Shown here in pieces: positions 12,167-23,869 of a stretch of DNA of 64,000 nt. The position numbers were made by a program, and so were the translations under genes. The DNA comes from Diadema antillarum (Eukaryota), in contig NW_027272307.1 of the NCBI RefSeq assembly GCF_040938485.1, positions 372,001-436,000 of the forward strand, read 5' to 3'. The notes under the pieces are model-generated. The model ran no database searches. It had not been told where the DNA came from and saw only the letters and a program-made list of their open reading frames with translations. The first letter of the stretch is position 1, and every line of letters begins with the position of its first letter.

Positions 12167-12835
12167 TTTTATTATCGTTATTATTATTATTATTATTATT
12201 GTTGCTGTTGTTATTATTATCATTATTACTAATGTTATTAACAATGTTATTGTTATTATTTTAATCCTCCTTATCATCATATCATTGCTATTGCAATAAT
12301 TAATTTGATCACAGTATCACCCGTGCTAAGTTCCAGTTTATGTCTTACTACAAAGGCTTCTGCATACTGAAGGCTACAGAATAACAGAGAGATGATCTCC
12401 GTCTTAACAGCTGTAGGTCTATTACAATTTATTATGTTTAATATATCTGTACTGCTGTATTAAGTACTCTGCGGTCACATTCAAACAGTTAAACCTCACT
12501 TTGAACCGAGTGTGTTTCATATTTGATGTGAACTTTTTGTCTTCTTTTTTTTTTTGACATTTCACATAACGCTCAACTGGTGATTCACAGACCGTGGCGA
12601 AGGACCCCGCAAAACGCAAAAAGAACGCTGTAGCCATGTCTGAAACGAGAAATCAGGATTTTGTTTCGACATACCAGCGCGTTTTTAGATTGCATTGTGT
12701 ATAAAGGTATTTTGCGGAACAAATTCCATAAACAAATATATACCATCAATTCCTGATATATTGTAATACTATGTGAGTATTTGAAGCATCATGGCATATA
12801 TTTGTATATGTTTATGTATGTGTTTGTGTGTGTGT

Positions 12836-12901
<66 letters not shown>

Positions 12902-14206
12902 TATGCATTAAACATGTAATAATGGAAAACGATTAAAAGTGGACGCAAACATGTTCATCAAAGCAGGAATCAGGTACACTTTTAAATCTCTTTTTGGTAT
13001 TGTAAGATGGTATGAAGAAGAAACAACGACCACAACGGATAAGCATGACGCTGTATCTGCTTGGCAATGATTTAGTCACACTCGTGCACGTGAATACATA
13101 GACATAACGGGACTCATCAAACACTGTTCCCGTTTATAGTGACTGAATAGTCGCCTCGTCGACATCTCGAACAGGTAGCAAACTGCAACGAGTTTACCGA
13201 CAAGCAATATTAACGCTAAAGATCGATACGCCCTCGTGTAATGTACGGCCGATTACTCGCGAAACAAACAGGTTAATTTGGTGGGAAATGATAGCAATAT
13301 TGTGCTCATGGTCATGTGAGTCTAAAGGTCTGCTTTTTGCTCGTCGAGGATTATTTAAACAGAAGTAATCGATTCATATTTCCTTGTTCATTGTCGCATT
13401 GGCAATGACAATTACGTGAGGTAGCTCATTTGCGTTGTGCCTTAGCTGACGAAGCGGCACTGATGCTAAAGGATGTGATATATAATCTTTCAGATTTAAA
13501 GTATGAATGCTGTACTCATCTTCACATAAATGGTAATCGTTAACACAGTCATACATGCTGTTGAAAGATGAATATGATACCGGTTAACATTATTGTTGCC
13601 ATTATCTTAATTAGAACAAACAGTGTTATTCCCTGTGCTTATTCCTCTTCAATTGATCGTGTTGGTGTATGGTTATAGATGTAGTAGGCCTAAAACTACA
13701 CTCCAGCAAGCGTGATTCAATGAATATTGCATCAGATTGTCAATTCATATTGAGTATTTTAATACGCATGTTCATAATAAGAATCGGCCATTGTTGTTAA
13801 CTCTTCAGTCAGCATTGTTTATTTGCTCTTTGGGTCTTTTTTTTTAATGGTAGTCTCATCTCCTGGCAGATATTGTTCTTTCTCCCACGAAAATTTGCCT
13901 TATTGACGTACAACCAACAGTGTGATAGTAAATGAGAACACACCTATTGGAATATGATAGAAACTTGTCGTATCTTGAAACTGACACTTGATATCGTTAT
14001 TGAAATATTTAGAATTATATTGTATAGAGTGTGTTTTCGAGTCTCGGCGTTGTCATGCGGAGATTGGATACAATGTATTATAAGCTGTGTGAATACTTGT
14101 CGCTGTTATGGCGTCTGAAGTAGTTCGTCCAGTACTCGTTTGGTTTCCAGAAAGAAACTTACATACTCTCTATTAACCATCTAACATTACTCTTATTGTT
14201 GCAAAG

Positions 14207-14207
14207 T

Positions 14208-14244
<37 letters not shown>

Positions 14245-14342
14245 TAGAAGTAGAAGTAGTAGTAGTAGTATAGTATAGAAGTAGTAGTACGAGTAGTAGT
14301 AGTCGTCGTAGTAGCAGCAGTAGTACTATAGCAGCAGTAGTA
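14207..14342. repeat. (TAG)n-type microsatellite
   Basis: Seen directly. Confidence 0.95.
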
Positions 14343-17336
14343 CTGCTATTATCATTTCAGTTATCATTGTTGTTCAATGTTGTATCATCATTACTAGCAT
14401 TCTTGTGGGAAAAAAAACACCCCAGCATAATACTTACATATGATTACAACCTAATGTGTATTTAAAAAGAGACTGTCATTCTCCAAAATAAGGAATTATT
14501 AGTCAAAAGGAGAAGAAAACAGGAAAATGGCCTCAGCATTCGCTAATGACATAGAATTAATACTTTAAAAAGTTTGGTTTAGGATGTTTGTTCATTTGAG
14601 GTTTAATGACATCCAGACATAATCACAATTTCCATTAGCTCATGACATGAAATTAAGACAGATTATTCTGGTAAACATACATCCTGACCTTGGTTCTATA
14701 TCCCGCCACCTTTTCGTAACATGGCTTTGCTGACGTTATGTTTCACGCTGGGCCAACGATCCACCCACTGCGTTTACATCTTTGCACGACTGTCGTAATC
14801 ACACTCAATAATATTAGCACTAACCGCAGCAGGAATGGTTTCACGAATGTAAACAACTTAAATGGGCTTTCGAATTCAACCATATTTCGTGACCCGTACC
14901 ACGCACTGACAGTGCTAAAAAAAAGTCCACCACCTTCAGATGATTGTATGGCGTTCAAGGCTACGGCAGACATCATACAGGCGTAGGACGTGTTTTTTCC
15001 AACACACTTGACTCTGTGTAAAATAAGATAGCAGTTTCTTTCATGTGTTTTGTTTTCTTTTTACAAGAATTACAAGCATAATTTAAAAAATATGTACAGT
15101 CCACTTTAACGACACTATCCCATTTCTGGTCAAAACGTACAGTTTACAATATCATGAAGCCGCGTCATCTGATTGAATTTCATTTTGTTTTTGTTTTGAA
15201 ATACATCTTTCCTTAAAAAATGCCAACAAAATTAAAAGATGTCTTCCCTTCTCCTTGTCTAGCAAAATGTAGTTCCTATGCATTGTGGTAAATTCGTTTT
15301 CTTTCTTCTTTTTTTTTTTTTTTTTTGGGGGGGGGGGCGGGTTTCATTTGTTTGTTTGTTTGTTTGTTCATTTTCCATCTGAGAAGATGGCTGGATAGCC
15401 CATGATCAGCTACGATAAGCTGGTCTTCCATGGGGTCCAGTTGGATTTGAGGTGGGACCACTTCACCGGGTTAAACACCCTGCTCTTTACGATGAATGAA
15501 TGAAGCGGGATCTTTAACGTGCATGAGTTGTTACTCTCTCATACACTGCTATCTTATCTTATTTAGAGTGAACTCATCTCCCTTAAAGAGCTTAATTTCA
15601 TAGCATGCATTGTACATCACGCTTTGGGCTACCATTACATGTTGCCTAGCAACGCAACTCCTCTAAAATGCATTGAAGTCACCCAAAGAGCCCATTCATT
15701 TATGCACAGAAGTTTGTAACCACTTCCAGATATAAAAAAGAAGGGCAAAGAGGGGGAAGAAAAGAGATAGAATTACCTCGATACTTGCCCTAGCTGCCCA
15801 TCGTACTCATTTTGGCGATAAGAATGCGACGAGTTTGTCACTTATTATATCAACGCCATTTGTAAAATCACTGTATATTATTATCTTCCTGAGCAGATCT
15901 GACAGATGCAGGGCTGCGGTCATTGACGTGGTATAAATAAAGACGGGAGACGGGTGAGAATATACTTTAGAGTGCGCAGACAGAACGATGGTGGAGAAAA
16001 AAACGAGATGGTGGTGGGATGGGGGTGGGGTGGGGAAGAGTTAATCAGTCACTTTGTAATGCTAAACGTAGTATGTTTCACCATGAACAACTCAATCTTG
16101 AAAATATGTTGAATATAAGTATGTGGAGAGGCAGGAGATGATGATAACAGCCAATTTTTTGTATTTTTGATTTCTGGGTGTTTTTTTTTTAACAAGAAGA
16201 ACATCTTTTTCACGGAAGGTTTGAAAAATTTCTTGTGAGGTTATCCAAGCTATAGTTATCAATCATGTCAAATAAAACAATCCCGCATGTGGATAAATTT
16301 TAGACGTGTAGACAACTATGCAAATTGTTCGTTTTCCAGACGTCGTGTGATTACGAAAGGCTAGTGTAACTGCGACACAATTTTCCACGAAGCCGAGCAA
16401 AGACCAGATTAACATCCAAAGATACGCCATTACCTTTTTACGAGTCACTATGATAACGCGCAAAGATGCACGCAAATTTTAAGTATGCCTTTGACCGTTA
16501 GGTCGGATACATTCTCTTCTTTTGCATGTAGTGCCATTTCACCGTTGGGTCTGACAGTGTTACGACTCGTGTAAACGGTGGAAACTTCCATAGGTGCGAG
16601 AAAATATAAGATCTATTAGCGATGTATTTTCGTTACGTATTTCAGTTCCGCTATAAGGGCGAACCCACACAAACGACCTAATGGAAGCCAAATAATACCG
16701 GCTGGCTTAATGAAGTACATCAACATACTCCATTATGTGCCACTGTCGATTTATATAGGTTATTTTTAGACGTGTTCTTCAGTGTGTCTGCCCTGTTTGT
16801 GTTGTAGCACATCCGTACTTTACCTACCGAACCCGAACGAACAATGTTGTTTAGTTTCTCCGCACTACGGGTTAAATTGAATTGACTTAAGCAGTGTTAA
16901 GTGAGCGATCACTGATAGCATGATGTATTAATCATTGCCCTCGCACAGATTGCCTTTTGTCAAGCCTTTATGATTTTCATTCATGGATGAGCTCACACTG
17001 TCGCATTTTTTGTGTTGTTTATTTTGTGCATCTGTAAGGAGAGAACGTCACGAGATTTTCCATCACCACATTTTCTAAATGAAGATATTGTTTATGTACA
17101 CAAACGCCATGAATGTCAATCATGATTTTCGAGGTCACAATCGTCAGACAATGAACAGCGAAGCTGGGAAGGTTCATTTCGACTATGAACAAATATTTAA
17201 CTTCTGCGTGGTTGGTTTTTACGTGGACTCTTTATGGTAGGGTTCATGCCTTTAAATAATGGCAGATTGTGTGAAGCCTTTGCCAAGATTAGAAAGGAGA
17301 TTCATGGCGCAAGCAAAGTGCTCCGCTTACATCTAA

Positions 17337-17909
17337 AGGGCTTTTTACACTTGTGTTTCTTAACCCCGGACTTTCTCTGACCCAGGACTATCGTTAGTCC
17401 CGTACCAATTTTTTCAGCTTTTTACACTCGCCAATTAGTCCCGTACTATCTCTTGTCCGGGGCTAAGGAGAAAACTGACCTTTTTACACTCGTATTTCTT
17501 AGCCCCGGACTTTCCAAACCACATGAATATTCATAATTACGCTGTGTACTGTACACGTACACGCACGCACCGGCAGCACTTGATTGCCTCGTTTCTGATT
17601 GGTCAGTGAGGGTCGGACTTCGTCTCCGTCGCTTAGCCCAGGATTATTTTTTCGTTCTGTTTACACTCACTTGCTTGGCACCGCAATTGCGGTGCTAGCA
17701 CCGCAATTGCGGTGCTAACCCCTGCTATTTTGCAGGGCCAGATAGTACCGTACTATCGGTGGGGCTAGCCCACTTTGGCAAAAACGAGTGTAAACAGAAA
17801 GTGGGCTAAGGATAGTCCCGTACCAACGGTGGGGCTAAGGCCCCCCCCCCCCCCTTAGCCCCACCGATAGTCCGGGGCTAAGCAAAAATTTACAAGTGTA
17901 AAAAGCCCT
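17337..17909. mobile_element. PIF/Harbinger-like MITE, 573 bp
   Basis: Perfect 18-bp TIR agggctttttacacttgt / acaagtgtaaaaagccct with repeated internal tttacact and tagcccc/tagtccc motifs. The TSD is not clean (taa vs ata), so the superfamily is inferred from TIR style. Confidence 0.75.
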
Positions 17910-18318
17910 ATAGTGTCTTACTTTGAAAATAACGGCTAACTTCGGCATGGAAACGATAAATGAAACAGTATACGAAAATGAAATACCCGACCTTATTCAA
18001 TAATCATATTACTTAAATTCTTTTGAAATGATTACAGTACATGTTGCAATGTTCGCTATAACATATTTTTTTCATCTGACAGTTACGATTATGGTGGTAT
18101 CAATATTTTCGTTACTTTCGGAAATAATGACACGAACATCAAGTACAGAATATCAATAATTGTCAATCGTGAAATAGATATGTGCACCTCAAAAGGTTCG
18201 CATTGAATTGCTCAGTGACCACCTTGTAAAGTGCGTATGCGTATTGGCAGCCATTATCTAATGTACTTTTCAAAAGTGTTTCCTGTTTGAGAAAACACAG
18301 ATGGGTATCCTATACATA

Positions 18319-18369
<51 letters not shown>

Positions 18370-18902
18370 GCGTCGCTGCCATTAGGAATGTAATATCCCC
18401 CTAAAAAGCAAGCAAGCAAGCAAACAAACAAAAATCAATTCCATCATATAATCAACTTGAAAGGAATCACCAATGAGAAACTCTCTGAGTGAATGAATTT
18501 GGTAAATCAATTTTCAATACATATAAGAGTCTTAGAGTCGAAAATGATTATGCAAACAAGATGTGTTTGTGTCCTGTTTATAACTGAATGGTTACAGCCC
18601 AAATTATAAGAAAAACATTAACACGTCTAATTTGTTTAGCTTTATCATTCTAAGAGCACTATAAGGCTTATCTCAGGAATTCAGGAAAAACATTTGGTTT
18701 TTAGCGTTTTTTCAATTGTTTTTGAGTTGAGCTACAAACAGCGTCTTCAACTTCTTGGTGTCATTGACCGACTCACAAAGTCCACGACGGAGGATTTTCG
18801 GCCCGCCTCTACCCGAGACACGTGAAAACATTCATTATACATGTTCGCACTTCCTGTCACAAGAAGTAGACAATGCCATTTCTTATGGTGTATAAAGATT
18901 CA

Positions 18903-19037
18903 NNNNNNNNNNNNNNNNNNNNNNNNNNNNNNNNNNNNNNNNNNNNNNNNNNNNNNNNNNNNNNNNNNNNNNNNNNNNNNNNNNNNNNNNNNNNNNNNNN
19001 NNNNNNNNNNNNNNNNNNNNNNNNNNNNNNNNNNNNN
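18903..19037. other. Assembly gap (N run)
   Basis: Run of N. Confidence 1.
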
Positions 19038-19797
19038 ACAGGAAGTGGGTGGGTTAGGGTTAGGGTTAGAAGTTAGAGTGGGTAGAATGTTACGTTGAAA
19101 ATTTACATTTACTTAATTCAAAGTTACATGGAAAGCAAGTGGTTACGTCCAAAATGAATATTACATGCTGACTTATTCTGTTTTTAGATGCCTTATGTGA
19201 ATTTCAACGAACATGATAACATATAGAAAACTCATCTAGATTTACTATTGATTAAGTAATCATGTCGTATAATTAGAGTAATAACATGCCTCATTTTCAT
19301 CGTCATTGTCGCAACGAATTGATTATAATGGAATGCCGGCTTTCAAACTATGATATTGTGATTATTCTGACGAAATTACTAAACGATACTCCTCCCTGTT
19401 TCACGATGGCAGTTTTCTTCTATGCTTCACTAAAACACTCAATGCATAGAGAATTTACTTTTTGCACTTCATAGGCCAAAGGGAATACACTCTCACATAG
19501 ACCGGGTTTTGTTTGTGAGAAAGATTATTCTCAATTGTCCATTGGTCATTTGGAATAAGAAGAGAGACGGTCTTCTTCCACGCTTTCGACTCAGCACACA
19601 ACAGTGTATGACACTCTATTCCACACACTCTTCTAGATACCGCACTTTAGTCATGTAGGAGATGAACGACAGAACAAACTGGGCAAAGATTGTAGTCTGC
19701 CAGGTACATTGAGGTACAGTCAGAGACATATTGTTGGCTCAGAGAGTTATCGTCTTTGAATGATGTGACCTTCATTTCAAAACATCGCTGTGATCTT

Positions 19798-19846
<49 letters not shown>

Positions 19847-20388
19847 CATATGTGGCACGTGGGAGTTTGAATCGGTTCTTTGTTATGGTGGTGTATAAAG
19901 CATGCCACCACACTAGCAGGGCCACGGCGAAAAACGTAACTTATGAGAGTTTGAACGCTTTCATCCTTACCTGAAGGTGAAAGTAAAGCGATACAGGTGC
20001 TTGAAGAAAAACAAATTCCAATATATTTCCATGGTTAGATTTATTTAAATGTCAATGTTTCGATTGCTGGTCTTTCAAAAATATCATGTATGTGTGTGTG
20101 AGGGTTTTGCTTCTTTTCGGATGCTTTTGCTATTGTTCTTTTGTGTTGTTGATTGTTGATGATGATGATGATGATGATGATGATTTGGGGGATCTACTGT
20201 TGAGGAGGCAGCTATCTCTCCTAGCTAAGGTCAAGTTTCCTAACGCTTCATTGATAATGACATCTAGTATAGCAACTGTTATTAAAACTATCGCGCCCTT
20301 TCATACGCTAATCACGGAGTAACGCAGTATTTCTCTAATTTTCCCGTTCTCGAGGCGCCAAGCTGAAATTCGTCAGACATTATATATG

Positions 20389-20419
<31 letters not shown>

Positions 20420-20865
20420 ATTATATGCCTCGTTGCCGTTTATCTAAGTCATGAAAATTCCATCACGTTGTCACAGTGTTAGTGTTATTTCATGTACTCA
20501 CTTTTTTATGATATTCTTTATTTGAATGTCATTCAATATCAGTCTTATTTTCACAATGAAATCAGTATGAAAAAAATCACCTGTATTCTCACTTGTGCTG
20601 CTGAATCACATTCTTTTCTTTTAACAAACAATTGCATTTTTTTTTGCAAATAAAGTCACACACGTGACCCCTCACACACACACACCCCAACGCACACACA
20701 CACACACACACACACACGCACCCAAAGATGAGAGCTACCACTGGTGCAACTCGGACACATAGACATATATCGTAGTGAAAAACCTGGAAGCATCGACTTT
20801 CATGTCACTAAAAAACCAATGATAATATTATGCAAAAATTATCAAAATTCATCGATTAGACTCAC

Positions 20866-21015
20866 CTCATTTAGCTCGACTGTCACGACGCCATCTTTGT
20901 TTTTGCAGCCGTGTTGTTGCACGGCCTGGAGCTTTGACTTCGACGTCGATTTCTTGAAATTGAGATTTTTGTAGCTGGACGCCGTACCGTGGCTACTTCC
21001 GGTCACTTGATTCAT
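20866..21015 (-). CDS. Candidate first exon of an unidentified minus-strand gene (50 codons if coding)
   Basis: ATG at 21015 opens MNQVTGSSHGTASSYKNLNFKKSTSKSKLQAVQQHGCKNKDGVVTVELNE, ending at a consensus donor GAG|GTGAGT. The region is CpG-rich. I recognise no homology and found no compatible downstream exon, so it may be non-coding. Confidence 0.3.
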
Positions 21016-22760
21016 GACTCTTTTGTAATCAAACTCAACACATTCCACACAATGCACTTAACTTTTCGCAGACGATCGCCACAGATTCACGGGTGAACGA
21101 ATGAAAGAATAGCAATGAGGAAATATAATCACTTTATCGAGCACTAAATATCACTTCCAGCAAAACTGATATGATTAGTAGAATAGAGAATACAAGATAT
21201 TCCTGCAAAAAAATCAATCTGCGATCCCTAATCTGCTCACATTATCACCGGTTACACAGACACATTCCACGCAAGAGCGATAACTCCTTGATGCATTTTA
21301 TTCAAGTATAGAAGAAGAACGTCGTAGGCTTTCAATTCGCTTTTAAAAATCGCTCACACTGTGTAAAAAGATTTTAGGGAGTGGGTGTATATCCAGAGTA
21401 ATATTCCAGTGATAAGGTGCCAAGGATTGCTCAGGTATAGCACACGCCTTATTTTAAATTAGGCGAGACTGAAAAACATCTTTATCATGCGAGTAGCATG
21501 TCTTTACGAAGAATAACATTCCATGTTCTCATTAATGTAAATACCGACGTCCTCAAATTCCGCAGGCAATTTCTTGTGATCTGGATTCTGCTTTGTTAGG
21601 CTGTGTACATGACATCGGTATACAATCACCGAGTGTCCCTGCGTTACAGGGGAGATAAATTTGGCGGAGGGAACGTGGCACTGGTCGATGCGCTGGTCTG
21701 CGCTAGCAGACGACGTGTCGTGTCGTAATAGTGTTGAGGTCTCTGTAGTGAATGCTTATCCAGCATCACACGAGGCGTCCGATAACTACCAGAGGTAAGT
21801 AGATTGAGATGAATAGTCCATCGAACACTATTTTTGGCCCAAGGTAGGGCACTCTTTGCCAGAGGCTTAATACGCAGTGACACATTTATCAATGCAGCCA
21901 CAAAATTGCCCAATTAGCTCATTAACGAGGACATTCCTACGGGGCCACCGCGCATAATGCAGGCCTGATGGTAACAACGGCCACAGCCCGCCCCCGACGT
22001 AGAGCGATAGCTTCGTAGCAGACGACAATGCAGGATGACTTCTAGGTAACCGCCACCGAACAACGTACAGTCAGTCAGTCACACACGCACACTCGGCACG
22101 CTTTGGAAGATGATTCAGAACTGCAAGCTTTCCGCCAGGGGCCGCTTCTCTCGACGATCGGAAAACATGCGCAGAGTGCACCGTGCGCTGCTGACTGGCG
22201 TCGTTCAATCTGGTGTCGATGTAATGATGATTGTAGCGATGCTAATTGAACAAGAGGCGGGCATACTTTGAAGTGTTTCTCCAGACGATCTGTGCTCTTC
22301 GCCATTCTCCCTCCTCAACACAAGCCCCTCATGCTGTATCTCTCTGACACGGTATCCCCGTTTTGTAATGTGTTCTTTTTCTTTTAGCACGCCGAACAAG
22401 ACTTCCCATAGATATGAATGTGTGTGTCATTGAAGGTGTGTCCGATTTGTATAATTACCCCCTTCCCTGTGATTTCTGATGCGTCGGGAAACATTCACGA
22501 CTCCATGAATAAACAGAGCCGTATATAGTCTCACTATAGTGAAAAAAAAAGAGCGGGGAAACTTATCATTTACTTCGCTCTAATGTTGTTGTTGTTACAC
22601 AGTAATTCTATGATGGTAGGAAAGGTTCCATGAAAATGGCGACACAATGTGCAGGTAGTATTATCTTGCCTGCATGGTGCAGACAACATCCTGCATCACT
22701 GAAATTCGATTATGTGATGAGCTTACGAGGTGCTAGCGGAGTTTCTTAATGAGCACTTAA

Positions 22761-23143
22761 AGGGATCGTACAATTTTGGTTGAGACCTAATTTCAGGTTT
22801 CTAACATTTTTTGATGAAATAATGAGAAACCTCTTGTGAAATATGAAAGAGCACGTAATTCTATGAGGAATTCAATGTTTATTTGATGAAAATTGGTTTC
22901 GAAATGTCAGAGATATCGAAAAAAAAAGCGATTCTAATAAAGTGTGGGACCCACACTTTATTACGATTTCTTTGTTTTACTTTATTTTTGGATGTTTCAG
23001 ACATTCCAAACCCGATTTTCATCAAATAAACTTTGAATTCCTCTTTAAATGGTATGCTCTGTACTACATCATAAGTGTTTTCTTGGTATCTCGCGAAAAG
23101 TTAAAAGCCCAATTCCCATCTCCACCAATACTGTACCATCCCT
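22761..23143. mobile_element. TTAA-flanked (Kolobok-type) palindromic MITE, 383 bp
   Basis: TTAA at 22757-22760 and 23144-23147. Termini agggatcgtacaattttgg / ccaatactgtaccatccct. Internal inverted symmetry around gtgtgggacccacac. Confidence 0.85.
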
Positions 23144-23428
23144 TTAAAGTGAATACTCACTCCATGCTCGAATTGACTTTGATCAAGATGTCAAACACAA
23201 TGAGACGATAGAAACTCAAAAGTATGAGATGATCAAGGCAGTTGTAGAATTTTCCAGTTCACTCTGCTTAGAACAATAAGTATGATAGCATATAGGTCTA
23301 GTACTGTGGTGTTTAGTGACGTAAGTTAGACAAGAGAATGACGCCATCAACGTCAAGACAAGCACAATTTACAAAATGCTACAGAATCAAATTAGATCAC
23401 CTGTATGTTTTTAAAATCAAATTATTCA

Positions 23429-23633
23429 TGTAAATCTCGGGCATTCCAGTGGCTTCACTTCCTATGTCTCGGAGCTCTACTCTTGAAATATATATACATG
23501 TATTTGATCTTCGTTCTGCCTTTTTTTTTATTGTTACTCCCTTTATTTCTTGTGATTTGTATGCTAATTTTATAACAATCATTTGTGAATGTTGTGATTT
23601 TTCATGATTTTGTTAATAAAAACAAAACTTTAA
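23429..23633 (+). mobile_element. Short 5'-truncated retroposed insertion with a 16-bp TSD
   Basis: Exact direct repeat aaaatcaaattattca at 23413-23428 and 23634-23649. AATAAA at 23615-23620 precedes an A-rich tail. The target lies in a tttt/aaaa context. Confidence 0.75.
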
Positions 23634-23838
23634 AAAATCAAATTATTCAGGCTGTCATTGGAGAGTTGTAGCCAAGATGACTCTTTGTAGATGTCGTGAA
23701 GTTTGTGACGATAGGTTTGAGACATAATAATGTCCTCCTGTGTTAGAATGTAGTTCTTAGGATGCTGACTATTTTGTTTTCTCATGTCAAGATGTCTACC
23801 AGAATGGTCTGTTTCTCTTGATCCCCCCCCCCCCGTCT

Positions 23839-23869
<31 letters not shown>

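Noticed and set aside
13416-13557. Minus-strand exon-like segment (cag|...|gtaatt) open in one frame
   Set aside because: The peptide is unrecognisable and its phase does not join the 20866 exon. Chance splice-like signals are common.
18777-18853. 77-nt minus-strand exon-like segment with good acceptor and GTGAGT donor
   Set aside because: It is open only in a phase incompatible with the 20866 exon, and I recognise no homology.
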